A DNA stretch of 64,000 nucleotides, from assembly GCF_009914755.1 (NCBI RefSeq), contig NC_060933.1; one strand, written 5' to 3'. This DNA is from the human T2T-CHM13v2.0 reference genome, Homo sapiens. Position numbers and translations under genes: made by a program. The number at the start of each line of letters is the position of its first letter. Position 1 is the stretch's first letter. The notes under the pieces are model-generated. The model saw nothing but the letters and a program-made list of their open reading frames with translations. It did not search any database and was not told the DNA's origin. This document shows, piece by piece, positions 22,873 to 42,910 of the stretch.

Positions 22873-23190
22873 GGCCAGGCGCGGTGGCTCACACCTGTAA
22901 TCCCAGCACTTTGGGAGGCCGAGGTGGGTGGATCACAAGGTCAGGAGATCAAGACCATCTTGGCTAACACGGTGAAACCCAGTCTCTACTGAAAATACAA
23001 AAAATTAGCTGGGTATGGTAGCGGGCACCTGTAGTCCCAGCTATTCAGGAGGCTGAGGCAGGAGAATGGTGTGAACCCAGGAGGTGGAGCTTGCAGTGAG
23101 CCGAGATCGTGCCACTGCACTCCAGCCTGGGTGACAGAGCGAGACTCCGTCTCAACAACAACAACAACAAAAAAAAAAAAAAAAAGAAGA
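22873..23190 (+). mobile_element. AluY-like element
   Basis: Alu consensus with a (CAA)n/A tail and TSD aagaataac. Confidence 0.92.
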
Positions 23191-25464
23191 AAAAGAATAA
23201 CATTTTTAGAGCATTTGCTGTATGCCAAGAACTGCTGTAAATGCTACCATGTCTTAATTCATTCAGTTCTTTGCCACTCCATGAAGGAGGAGCTACTGCT
23301 ATTCTCACACTGGGACAGAGGTTCAATACCTGCCTAAGGTCACCTGGCTCATGTGCAGAGCCGGAATTTGAACCAGGCAGATGCATAGGCATTCATACTC
23401 CTCTAGTGAGTGGTAGGAATAGCAAAAAGTGCTGTTCAGAACACCTGCTGGTAACTCAGGAGAGGGCAAAAGATGTTGGCCCTGGAAGGTAAGAGCTGCC
23501 AGGATCTCTGAGCGTTTCCCTACTCAGGAATATGGAGCATCAACTCCCATCCTTCCTGAAAAATACTTTATTAAAAGAAACTGTGAGCAAACAGTAATAC
23601 AAACTATCTGCAATAAATTATTTTTATTGTAATCGGTTTCCTAGTGTATTTGCTTAAACAATGAAGATTTTCTTATGTTTTAGGTTAAATTCATTTGTCC
23701 CAGTTAAATATCCGATTAGTAAAGCTTTATTTCTGGAACCTACTTTCTTTGATTCACTGCACTCTTTCATATATTCAGGTGAAAAGGTATTGCATGAATG
23801 GAAATGTGGACATTTGAATTGATGTTTTGTATCTTTCTTCTGCGCATATCATGACTGTTTTCCATCTAGGTATTTTTCTGTGCCCCCTTATTCCCTGAAT
23901 CTCAGTGGAGCACAGAGGTTGAGTGTGGGCTTTGGAAACGCAATGACAGGATTGGAACTTGCCTCTTCTATTTATTTGCTCACTATGTGACCTCTCTCTG
24001 CCTCGATATTCTTATCTGTAAAATGGGATATTAATTATATCTAACTATTGATATCATGAAATAATATAAAGCATTTTGAACAGCATCTGGCACATGGTAA
24101 GCATACAGTGTTAGCTAGTCTCATCCATTTCTAAATAAAGGGAACTGTGGTTAAAGCAGTATGATTTCTATAATTTCACGTTTAGAAACAAATATATAAC
24201 TATCAAATTTGTATATAGCATTATTCACATTACCATAGATTTGACCACCTTATATCCATAAGTCATTTTGATGGAAAATTCCCTCCCAAAAGTTTTTTAT
24301 AACAAACCAAGAATTGTGAAGGTCTTTGAATTACTCAAAAATGGGGGTGTTAAAGCAATAGCAGTTATGAGGCTCTCAGTTGTTAGAAATATACTTGCAT
24401 GAGTCCTTCCTAGAATCGAAGGATACATCTCTTCCTGTTGAATATTTAGTCATTGCTAAAACTGCCGGTAAAACTGTACTCAGAACCAATCAAATGGGAA
24501 ATGGGGTATGCGTCACAGGATTGTCATAGTGTGTGTTTGCTAATAACTTTTAGTGGGTAGGGAATAAGGTTAAGGAGCCTGTCCTTGGTGATACTATGCT
24601 GCTTTCAACGTGGCTTGTTGAAACTGCAGCTGATAAGCAGGGCATTCGTGCCTCTGATATGGGGCATTTGTGCCTCTATTCTTGAATGAGGTGCATTCCA
24701 GTCAACAGCTTCAAGCTGATACTGCTGAAGGAGGCTGTAACTTGTAACTAATCTGAATTACACTATATGCTTTACTTTATGTGTCTATACACAGTTTCAA
24801 GCTTGCATTTCATATATACCTTGTCCTTTTTTGATCTAGTTCTTTGTTTAGATATGATGTCCTTTAAGCAAACAAACAAACTCTGTTAATAACAACTACT
24901 TCTGTGGCCTTAATGTAAAATCTATTCTTTCTAGAATTGAATTTTCTGGAATTTATAAACTTGTATTAGGTCGTCTTAAGTATGAAAGAATTACCAAATT
25001 TATAGCATTCAGTTCTGTTGATTTTTAAAATTCTGTCACAAGTAGGCTAAAGAAGATTTATGATTCCTTAATATTTCTTTATTTTTAGCTGTGTATTAAA
25101 ATTTTATATTATGGAAAATTATACAAATTAAGTAGTATAAAGAACTTGTAAGTAAGTTGTTCAGCTTAAAGCTGTTACCAAATCACGGCCACTCCTGTTT
25201 CATGCATATTTCTACCAACTTCTGCCTCCCCCAGGGTATCATATACCACTCATAAATGTTTCACAGTGTTATACCTGCTACTCTTTTTTAATAACATAAC
25301 TGGAATACCATTACTCCATTAAATTTTTTTTAATATACTTGATATCATTAATTCCAAGACACTTCTTCAGTTTCCCTGATTGTCTTCAAAACTTTTTAAA
25401 AAGATAATTTATTTGTTTGAAATAATATTGAAATATACATGTCAATTGGTTAGTCTCATGTCTG

Positions 25465-31790
<6,326 letters not shown>

Positions 31791-32239
31791 ATTTCTGTCT
31801 TTTGTTTTCTTTTTAAAACTCATTAAAGAGGATATTTGCAAAAGTATGCATTCATGAGCCACTGCTTTAAAACTTGTTTATGGTTTCCTGTATTTTATTT
31901 CAACCCATTGTCCATAATTACCTCATTTTGTCTGTCATGCTGTCTGGAAGGGAGTGCCAGTGGTGAAGTGTGATGTTAATGTCATCAGGATGGTGATGTT
32001 CCCATTTTTCAAAGATTGATTTGAACACAGATAGGAAGTATCTTCTGTTGGCAGTGATGACATAAAATGTTGAAAATGAAATATGGAAGCTTGTGAGTCA
32101 AAGATTTCCTTACCTTATTTGCATTTGAAATGCAGTACCACAAAAATATGTTGAATTAATGGTTATAACTTTTTCTTTATAAAGTAGACATTTTAGTACC
32201 ATCAAAAAGTATTCTTTATGATTATATATCTCTTTATAG

Positions 32240-32411
32240 AGTTCCTGAGTTGGAGGTAGAAGAAGAAACCCAAGTTCAAGAGATGACTTTAGATGAGTGG
32301 AAAAATCTTCAAGAACAGACCAGACCAAAGCCTGAGTTTAACATCCGGAAACCAGAATCCACTGTTCCTTCCAAAGCCGTGGTGATTCACAAGTCAAAAT
32401 ACAGAGATGAT
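32240..32411 (+). CDS. HABP4: HABP4 exon 6 (172 nt; [57 protein letters not shown])
   Basis: Acceptor tctctttatag|A and donor GAT|gtaagc. Contains the EMTLDEW and FNIRKP motifs of the SERBP1/HABP4/Stm1 family. Confidence 0.97.
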
Positions 32412-32821
32412 GTAAGCATTGCATTTCGTATGTAGAGGTAATCTTTACTTTTACCTTACTGGAAGTGAAATGTACCTTTCCACTTCTGTCTTGAAAATGG
32501 AACATTAGTAGTTGGCAGTCTTTGTTTCTAATCAGAGATGATGCATGCCTAATTTTACTGTATTGTTCATTAAGAAAAGGAATTGAAACTTGAGGTATTG
32601 ACAGATGCACAGAGCAGTTAGAGTGACAGTGCATCTTCTGCTCACCCTGGGACTATGCGGGTACTGTACACATACTGTGTATTAACTGTATTTCATTTTT
32701 CTCAAGGGAGAGTTACAGATTGTGTCTTGTACAATTCAGAGTTAATCAAAGGAGAACTACACTCTGTGTCCCCTGAGTAGGTTACTTTCAACTCTGTTTC
32801 TTGATAAGAGCATTTCACTGA

Positions 32822-33128
<307 letters not shown>

Positions 33129-33726
33129 GAGTAGTTGATGACTTTTTAAACTGTGGTTGAGGTTCCATGCACTTCTGACGCCTTTCCCATGTTGGTTCAG
33201 CAGCTTTGCGCCCCCTGCCTAACTGCAGACGTGGCGGGAGATGAGTCCCCGAACGCTTGGCTGCTCGGTCAGGCACTGCCACAGCGGCCAGCGTGCTGCA
33301 GGGGTTGCTCAGGGAGCTCCTCCGTGTTGTGAGGCCTTATTGCTCACGGCTTACGTCCAGCTCTTCTCAGAAGCTTCAGTTTTGCAGGGAGAGGTTTCGG
33401 GGAAACATCTAGCAGCATATGTTGATAGGGATGCCATGGGGTCATCAAGTCCCCGACTTGTTACTGAACTTAAGGCTAGGTCCACTGAAGCATTCCCATT
33501 ATGGGATTTAGAATCTGTATCATTCCATCTACAGCTTGATACCAGTCACTATTTCGAGGTGGGAGTGAGCAGGTAGCAGGTTCTTCCTCTCTGTGGGGTA
33601 TTAGTTATTGATTTTCATGTGGAATCTCAGGAATGTTATGCTATTGTAGAGTTGTCATTTACACTTTGGTTAGTTTCATTTTCTGAGTGAGTACTTTGAT
33701 TAGGTGTCATTTAAGATACAGGGTTC

Positions 33727-34104
<378 letters not shown>

Positions 34105-35866
34105 TTATTTCCCTGGCAATCTCTGGGAGGTGTTTTCTAACTCCATTAGCAAGCTGGGTTGGTTCTTAACCTGTCCACTTCCTTTGTTCTTTTTTGTTCT
34201 AGGCATTGTAAATAAAAATTTCTCTAAAACAAATGTGCTGTCAGGATTGAAATATGCAGCTGACATGTTAGGTAAAAATAGAAGCTGCTCTTTCTTAATC
34301 CACACCAGATTTGTCCTCCCGGGCTCCAGAGGTCTCCCAGAATATTTGAAGCAAGTGGGTTAGCTGAGTCATCAAGCCTGGTCTCAGTGAAGCACACATC
34401 TTGGTCCTTGTTAATCTTGGAGGATTGAAGATTTTAGCTAGGAATTGTTCTTAAAGCAACACAAGCCAGATCTTGGGTTCATCAGTTTACTTTGTTCTGG
34501 ACACCTGAAGAGGCAGAAGCACTAGAATACCTAGCAAAGTTCAGACCTAGTAACAACCTCGCGTAAGGCACTGGGCGGTGAAAGCACTTGGGCCAGGGCC
34601 AGCTGGAGCTGCAAGTGGAGCCCAAGCCTTAGACTGTGTCCACTCCCTGCTCCACTGCCCCGAGGCCCTTCCTGCCCCTTCCTGCAGTGGGAGGCGACTC
34701 AGAGCAGGGACCCCAGGGAGACCTTACCAGCGCTTCCCTGCTGAGTGCCAAACAAGGCAAGGGTTGAGTATTTTGCCTGTTACTATTTTTTGTGTGTATC
34801 TTTTTACAGAATGCCAGTGCTCCTGGACTGTTTTTCTTCACCTTTTTAGCATTAAGCATCCAACTACCTAAAGCCTCTGCTTTATTTTAACCTGAGACCT
34901 CAAAGGGGACACAAATGTTAAACATGAAGGCTGTCATGAGCATATGGCCTAAAGGTGTTGATATGCTCGTGGAAACTTTGCTCCATTTCCTGGTTGTAGG
35001 AATGTTTAATGTTGTAGCACTTTGGAGATTCTCATCTGAAATCACTGACATATCTTCCTTTCTGTAGGTTTTTACTTTACTTAAAGTGGGGTTTTTGTGT
35101 GTGTGTGTGTGTGATACCCATTATTATGAGTTGAAGCCAAATCAAATTTGGATCAGATTTAATTAATTTATTTAATATAGCTGTCACAAGAGATAGAATT
35201 TTAATGAAAGCAGTTCTTAAAAAGCAGCTTGACTTCTTTGTGCAGTGTTGGTAGAACACTCAGGTAACCATACTCTTGTTTTTATAAAGTTTCTCTATAT
35301 TTTGAGTCAGAATTGTTTATTATAAATCATGTGATTTTTAGCACATGGTATTATAATCAGCACCCATGCTGAAAGGAATTTCTCTGTTAAGTTCTGTTCT
35401 GGGAAGGGGATATTTCCTTATTTATCAAAGCATTTGTGAACAGATAAGACAGAAAATAAGCAGAAATGAAAACTTTTTTATCTCAGCAAAATACACTTAG
35501 ATATAAAACATGTATATTGTTTGCTATTATTAGTCATGCCAAATCTTATATCTTAACCTGCTCAGCTGATAGAAATTTGGTCCCACTTGAAATCATAATA
35601 AGTTCAAAGATGTTTGGATTAAGATTGTAATTGCAAGAATGTGGGACTCTAGAACATACAGAACTCACTGTCTTAGAATCAGAACAGCAGTGCTGTCTTC
35701 CTTTGTCCAGCTCTGCAGCCCAGGGCCAGAGACAAATCCAGAGAATGGCTCTGACTAGCCCCTGATGGTGTTTTAGCTCCTGTGTAGCACACTGCAGCCA
35801 CTAAGCCAGATGAGTGTGGGGATGGCTGTGGACTTGTGCGTGTTTGATGCTGTAATTGTGTTTCAG

Positions 35867-36052
35867 ATGGTAAAAGATGACTATGAGGACGATTCCCATG
35901 TTTTCCGGAAACCCGCCAATGACATCACATCCCAGCTGGAGATTAATTTTGGTAACCTCCCTCGTCCTGGGCGTGGAGCCAGAGGAGGCACCCGGGGAGG
36001 CCGGGGAAGGATCAGGAGGGCAGAGAACTATGGACCCAGAGCAGAAGTGGTG
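35867..36052 (+). CDS. HABP4: HABP4 exon 7 (186 nt; [62 protein letters not shown])
   Basis: Acceptor tgtgtttcag|ATG and donor GTG|gtaggt. Contains [17 protein letters not shown] and a second RGG box. Phase 0-0. Confidence 0.97.
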
Positions 36053-37759
36053 GTAGGTGTCTGTATTGACGGTTTGGCGAAAGAAGTTAATAAGGACAGT
36101 GCCCTGGGCCCAGGATGGTCTAATTTCAGAGGGTCATGAGTTTCTGCAGTCACTTCTTTCTGTAGCTAGTGTGGGACTGATGTTGGGGCATTTGGACGGT
36201 GTTGTAGCATCATGGACATCTTGCCTAGAGACCGTTCTGTAGCCCTGGCTTCCAGGGTCTGCTGTGAAGGCACTCCCGGGATCAGAGAGAAACTCACTGT
36301 CACCCGCATTAGACAAGATCCCCAGGCTTGGGATTGAACTGGAGCACCTGACGTTTTGCTTACTGTGGCCTGATTGTGTGCCTTGGGCTCAGGTGATGCT
36401 GTCAGAGTGGACAGAATCCTCCCTAAGATCTCAAGCCCTTTGTGAGGGGACCTTCCTCAACCCCTCCCCGGCTCACCTGCCTCACACCGTCCTCAGCCAA
36501 GGCTGCCTGATTCTAGCTCTCAACACAGCACGCTCCTTACCCCTGGCCTCTGCCTGCTGGCCTCCATTCATCCTTCCAGCCTCACTTCCTCACAGGTTTC
36601 TTTGATCACATCTCCTAGACCGATCAAGGTCTCGGAGCAAAGGAGTTTCTTTTCATTGAAGCCTGATCTCCGTGTGCGGCTGTATTCTCACTGGTGTGGC
36701 TATCGGTCAGCGGCTGCTTTTGCTCATTACCGGTTTACGCAGTGCCACGCAGTGCCTGGCATGTAGTAGGTGCTTCCTAATGTGGTATGGACACTTATTC
36801 ATTGGAAATCAGCCCCGAGGCCCCATGGCACAGACCCCTTCTCTGTGGCTGGTCTTGGCAATGCTCCTCCTGCTGCCCGGTTCCCTCGCTCTAGGGAGCA
36901 GCCCCTGGAAGCAGTGTCTATGGTTTGTTTTTGCTTAAGCAGGAGCAAAAACACAATTTTTTGGGCGGGGGGTGTAGGGGTATATTTGGGGCCAGGTTGG
37001 AAATAGGGTCTATTCTGCGATAGGAAACACACCCTCACTCCTTTCCTATAGCGGAGCTCTGTCCCCTGCAGCACTCCAGGGAGTGTGTTGGGAAACCACT
37101 CTGAGATCCAGTGCCACCCACCTCTTCACTGGCATCTGTCCCCACCTCCACAACCTGTGCATCCCTCCACCTCAGAACCGCCCTTAGGGCCCGCCCCCGC
37201 CCCCATCAGGTCACACTGTTTCCCAATCCAAGTCCTTGTTCCCTTTGCTCATCCATTGAGGTTCATCCCAGGGAGAACCTTCTCTTCCCACAAAACCTTG
37301 CCTGACCTTGGTGTCCACTGTGCCACCAAATTGCACTGGATGGCCCTCCTGTGGCCCCTCCTTCCCAGGACGTGTTAGTGAAGCTCCTGATTCGATGGTC
37401 AGTTTCTCCAGCACCGTGAGCTCCCCGAGGATAGGCACTGTCTGTGCTCCTCCAGTGCCCGGCACGCAGTAACCATTCTATTTACTCGATGAAGGACGTG
37501 CCCATGCAGAACCCCCAGTAAGAGCTTGCAGGACGTAGGAAGGGAGGCAGCTCCTTTTTCGAGGAGGCTGGAGGCCTGTGTGGGAGGGGGAGCTGTACTT
37601 TCCTGGGTTAGCAGTGACCTGTGACTCTCCCCTTCCCACTGTGGGTCCTGCCTCTAATGCAGGCCCCTCAGCGTTGGTGCCAGGCCCTTGTTATCCCACT
37701 GGGATATCGGGAATGGATGAAGGGGCAGTGGATTTCAAAGTATTTCTTTTTTTCTTTAG

Positions 37760-37816
37760 ATGCAAGATGTTGCCCCCAACCCAGATGACCCGGAAGATTT
37801 CCCTGCGCTGTCTTGA
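37760..37816 (+). CDS. HABP4: HABP4 last exon, coding part (MQDVAPNPDDPEDFPALS*)
   Basis: Acceptor ttctttttttctttag|ATG. Ends in the family-typical DFPAL motif, with TGA at 37814-37816. Confidence 0.97.
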   Translation: MQDVAPNPDDPEDFPALS

Positions 37817-38261
37817 AAGAGCCCTGTTTCCCAGCACCGCGGAGCTGCACTGCACACCTGTGGGGAGACTTTTCCAGCTGGGCCAAGGGAGTCAGACTCT
37901 AAGAACAATAGATGTTGCTTTTCCCGTGTCATGTAAATTTGTTGCACTTTTTTGGGCTGAGCTGTTAGAGGGGCTTCTCCAGAGGCTCGAGAGCAGGCCA
38001 TTTCCCAAGAAGATGAAGAATGGTGACTGTGTTTTTATTGAAGGAATTTCAAATGAAGAATAATGTTTAAAATGTGTATATAGAGATAGTATAGACTCCT
38101 CCGCGGAAGCATGGAGGGAAAGGAGGTTGTAAAATAGACTCCATGGAGACTCTTAGGAAGCAGTAGATTCCCGGGGGCTGTGCCTTTAGCGTTAGAGGAA
38201 ACACATAGAGCTGGAACTGTTAATGGAAAGCAGTCACAGCTGAGTTTTCGGAGACCAAGAA

Positions 38262-38267
38262 ATTAAA
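38262..38267 (+). terminator. HABP4 candidate proximal poly(A) signal ATTAAA
   Basis: Variant hexamer followed by U-rich tgtttacttgtaaatgttatctt. Confidence 0.5.
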
Positions 38268-38450
38268 ATACAATTGCACTTACTGTTTACTTGTAAATGT
38301 TATCTTCTCTCCTGGAATATTTTGAGTTCTGGTTTTCACTTAACCAATCATTTAAAAATCGCTATTGTGTAGCCACTGGCCACCACTCTGTGACACAGAA
38401 TCAGAGAAAGCGTTGATTTTTAATGGTGATTTAAACTACCTCGTGGTTTC

Positions 38451-38470
38451 TGTGTGTGTGCACACACACA
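38451..38470. repeat. Perfect 20-bp palindrome (TG)5(CA)5
   Basis: tgtgtgtgtgcacacacaca is its own reverse complement. Confidence 0.95.
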
Positions 38471-39089
38471 TCTAGTGTTTGGGTGGTTTTTAGGAAGAAT
38501 ATTAAGTATGTGACTTCAAAAACCATGTTATTTAACCTGCCAATCAAATGGAAAGGGATCATGGCAAAAGCAAATACCGCATCCTTTTCTTCCGCAGAAC
38601 TAGAGTCAGAGTTCGGCAGCTGCGTACAAAGGCCTCTGCCCTCGGCTTGAGCAAAAGTTGTAAATAACTAGTATTTATTAAGCACTTATAAGCAGTTTTT
38701 CTCACTTAGTCCTGGCTCCAGTTCTAGAGTTCCTCTTTATTGCTTTTGGTGAAAGTTTGGGGTTGGGGGTACACCTCAGAGGTTCAGTAATTCACCTGGA
38801 GTCCCACCCTGAACAGAGCTGGACCCAGAGCCACACACGCCCGGGAACACACACTGTGCTGGGGAGGAAGTGGGCCTAGGAGGGCCTGCAGGTCCAGGCA
38901 GCTGTAGAGCTGCTAGAAGCTGGGGTGTTGCTCTCCCCGCTTTCTCATAGACACAGAGGTACTGTCTGCCTGTTGTCACACAGTTCATATGCTCGCTTGA
39001 GATGGAATCTGAACCTTGGTCCCAGGATCTGTGCTTTTTCCCACTTTGCCACACTGTCTAAGGTGGCTTTGAACTGGAACCCAAGTGCA

Positions 39090-39095
39090 AATAAA
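39090..39095 (+). terminator. HABP4 distal polyadenylation signal AATAAA
   Basis: Canonical hexamer followed by a T/GT-rich tract (ctgactttgtgt) 15-30 nt downstream. Confidence 0.75.
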
Positions 39096-40239
39096 GGTTG
39101 GTATTCGCTCCTGACTTTGTGTAGAGAAAACAGTCCTTTGGTTACTCCAGGCCACAGCAGTCGGTCATGATTTTGTTGAATAATCAAAGTTGAATCCATA
39201 CACGTTAGGGTCAGTTAAGGATGTTTGCTTTGGGTGATAGCCTACTTTTGGTCTCTTATTTATTATCTGAGTACTAAGGTTTATCAACTGAGTGTTTTCT
39301 TCCCTTTCCTGGAAAAGGCAATGGATGCAAGTGCCCTGATTTCTGAAATCTGAACCTAGCCGGTACAACATCAGGGCTGTGTCATGAGTCAGTGGCTTTG
39401 AAGCTGTCACACTGTCATTTTGCCTAACTGCGGCTTTGAAGATTAGCCAGAGAGCCCTTTGAAGAAACTTTCCTTTAGTGTTGTGAATAATACTTGAAAA
39501 GCCCACAGCACTTGGTTTAATGTTGCAGTTGCAAAAACACTGACAGTTCCTATCCCATAGAGCTGTTGAGTCATGTGGTTGAAGACAGTTTTGGGGAACC
39601 CGGTGCACGTTCTGAACCTGTAATGGGCTATGTTTGCTTACCAGGGCTAGCTCTCGCTGACTTGGTCGTGTGCCTGGATGTAGGCATTTTGTTTGCACCC
39701 TTTCTGGATCGTGCCAGGTTGTACATAGCCCCAAGTGCCCCAGAGAAGCCAGGGAGGACAGAAGCGAAGGGCAGGGGGGTGTCACCAGCATGCCGTTGGG
39801 ACAGTCAGATGCGGAGGCGGCAGGACCTTTTGGACCACAGTGCCCCGGCCGGACTCCTCAGGTGCTTGTGACGTGGGTGTGGACATGTCCTGAGGCAGGG
39901 CACCCTGGGCACCACGTTTCTGGCTGGCGACTTAGACTCAAGCAGATTAACCCCATGAAAGACGCCGATGAGGGCTGTCGTCCCCAAGTCTCCTGAAAAG
40001 TGGAGGTCAAGCAAGTTTGAGCTGGTTATAGCCAAGCCCAGGCTGGACTGGATCATGTCTGAATCAGGAGTTGACTGCTAGGCCTCAGGGGTGTCTGAGT
40101 TGTGCCACCAGGGCGGCTCCTGAAGACTCAGCTCAGGGTGAGGTCCTGGGGCTGCTGCGCACAGCCTGTCACCAGGTGGGGAAAGCTGCCCTGCAGTAAC
40201 TGGGCTGGGGGGCCAGATCCTCTAGAGATAGGGGTGCTT

Positions 40240-41610
40240 GGCTGGGTGCGGTGGCTGACACCTGTAATCCCAGCACTTTGGGAGGCCAAGGCAGGCAGAT
40301 CACTTGAGGTCAGGAGTTCGAGACCAGCCTGGCCAACATGGTGAAACCCTGTCTCTACTAAAAATACAGAAATTAGCCGGGCGTGGTGGCAGACGCCTAT
40401 AATCCCAGCTACTCAGGAGGCTGAGGCAGGAGAGTCGCTTGAACCTGGGAGAAGGAGGTTGCAGTGAGCCTAGATCGCGCCACTGCACTCCAGCCTGGAC
40501 AACAAGAGCAAGACTCTGTCTTTGGAAGAAAAAAAAATTTTTTTAAAAAGGGAGGTGCTGCCCAAGAGGGAGGGGTCAGTACCTAACTTGGGATGAAAGC
40601 CTAAGCTGCATGTCAGACCAGCCTGGGAAGAGGCAGGCTGGACACACTGCTGCCGGCTGGGAATGCCTCCGAAGTCAGAGTTGGATGCTTTGAACAAGAC
40701 CCCTCTAGCCTAATGTTGCTCATGAGCCTTTGGCGTTTTCATTCCACGCAAGGTGGGCCCCTCTGAGCCAGCCAGCCTCCTTCCTTGTGCTGGTCAGACT
40801 TCAGACCATTTCCTTCTGTTGATCAGCAAGTCCATGCCATTCCAGCACATGGGAGCTTCACGGGAAGGAGACTGCTGTCCTCTGAAACTGTACTGTGCGG
40901 TGCTGGCAGGTGCTTCGGAGCAGCTGAGCCTGCGTCTCCGAAGCTGGGAAAGGCAGAACAGGAGCTGCCCGTGCCTGCCCTGTTCTCAGCAGCAGTGGGC
41001 CTGCCTGCTCTCTCCACATGGCGGCCTCCGCTGTAGACACAGAAGACAGATTTGCTCATTTTCTTTGGCTGCTGCTGTCTCCTCTCAGCCTTCTGCAAGG
41101 ACCGTGGCCCATGTGAACAGCCTTCCCTGAACCCTCCCGACACTCATGCCTGCTTCAGACAACCTGGGGTGGGCTGCGGGCGTGAGAGGCTTTGGCCTGG
41201 CTGTGTCCCACAGGGGGCCTGTGTTGTGGATGGAGGATGAGGTGTGGAAAAGGGAATGAGGAAGAAAAAATGCAGGGATATTTTAAAGCCTTTTTATTAT
41301 CAAATAAGATACAGATAAAAGTGCAAAACTAGACTGGGCATGGTGGCCCACACCTGTAATACTTTGGGAGGCTGAGGTGGGAGGATTGCTTGAGGCCAGG
41401 AGCTCAAGACCAGCCTGAGCAACACAGTAAGACCATGTCTCTACAATAAATTTTAAAATTAGGTGGGTGGCACACACCTGTAGTCATAGCTACTTGGTAG
41501 GCTGAGGCAGGAGGATGGCTTGAGCCCAGGAGTTTGAGGTTACAGTGAACTATGATCATGCCACTGCACTCCAGCCTGGGTGACAGAGAAAAACTTCATC
41601 TCTTAAAAAA
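40240..41610 (+). mobile_element. Two sense Alus (~40240-40538, ~41333-41610)
   Basis: Alu consensus. The second has TSD aaaagtgca.aact. Confidence 0.9.
40823..41030 (-). CDS. CDC14B: Candidate distal CDC14B terminal exon (GGRHVERAGR...CAGMAWTC*, 68 aa)
   Basis: Minus-strand acceptor-like tctgtcttctgtgtctacag|C. The phase-2 frame is open for 68 codons (part of ORF 40823..41143). No transcript evidence is available here. Confidence 0.4.
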
Positions 41611-42262
41611 AGTGCAGAACTGCCTTGTAACCACGTTTTCCTCCAAAGCCTGGCCACGTGGACCATGCTGATCACCACCTCATCCCCGCGCTCCCAGGAC
41701 TCGCGCTGCCTCCAGGCGCTCCCCTCCACGCCAGTGCTGCCTTTTCAAAGAAGTCTTTCAGACTTTAAGTCCGAAGGATGCCCCTCCTCCTACCCGCTTT
41801 CCCCCTGCACCTATGGCAAAGCCTGGTTACTGAAGGAGCAGAGCGTTTGCTTGAGAGCCTGGGAGCCCTGTCTTGTCGTGCCTTGTCATTTTACAGTCAG
41901 GCAAGGACGCTGTCTTTCTTGCTACCTGGCTACTATTAGGGAAGGTAGAAACTGAAACCAGATTCAGTCCCTGAGCCCCACATCCTTTCTACACACTCCT
42001 GAAATTTCCAGTGAAAGGACTAGTCCCTTGGGCAAAGCTGTTAGGAGAGGGGACAGGAAAAGGGATGCCTGTACCTCAGGCAGGGGATGAAAGGAGACAT
42101 GGAGTGTTTGCCTCTGTGCTCAGCCACTCTGAGCCATGTGGCGATGGCCATGGTGCCTAGCAGGGTACTGCACACTGCAGCAGTGCAGAGGGCCCACGCT
42201 CAGGTATTCTCCATGTAAACCGGATGGGACTAAAACTTGGCTCCCTAGGCCTAAAGGCCTAG

Positions 42263-42910
<648 letters not shown>

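Larger units (their letters stand above)
37817..39115 (+). other. HABP4: HABP4 3'UTR
   Basis: Follows the stop codon and lacks Alus. Poly(A) signals are ATTAAA at 38262-38267 and AATAAA at 39090-39095. The end coordinate is inferred from the distal signal. Confidence 0.8.

Noticed and set aside
39165-39791. 208-aa minus-strand ORF
   Set aside because: No recognisable homology and no convincing splice or start context, so most likely a chance frame.
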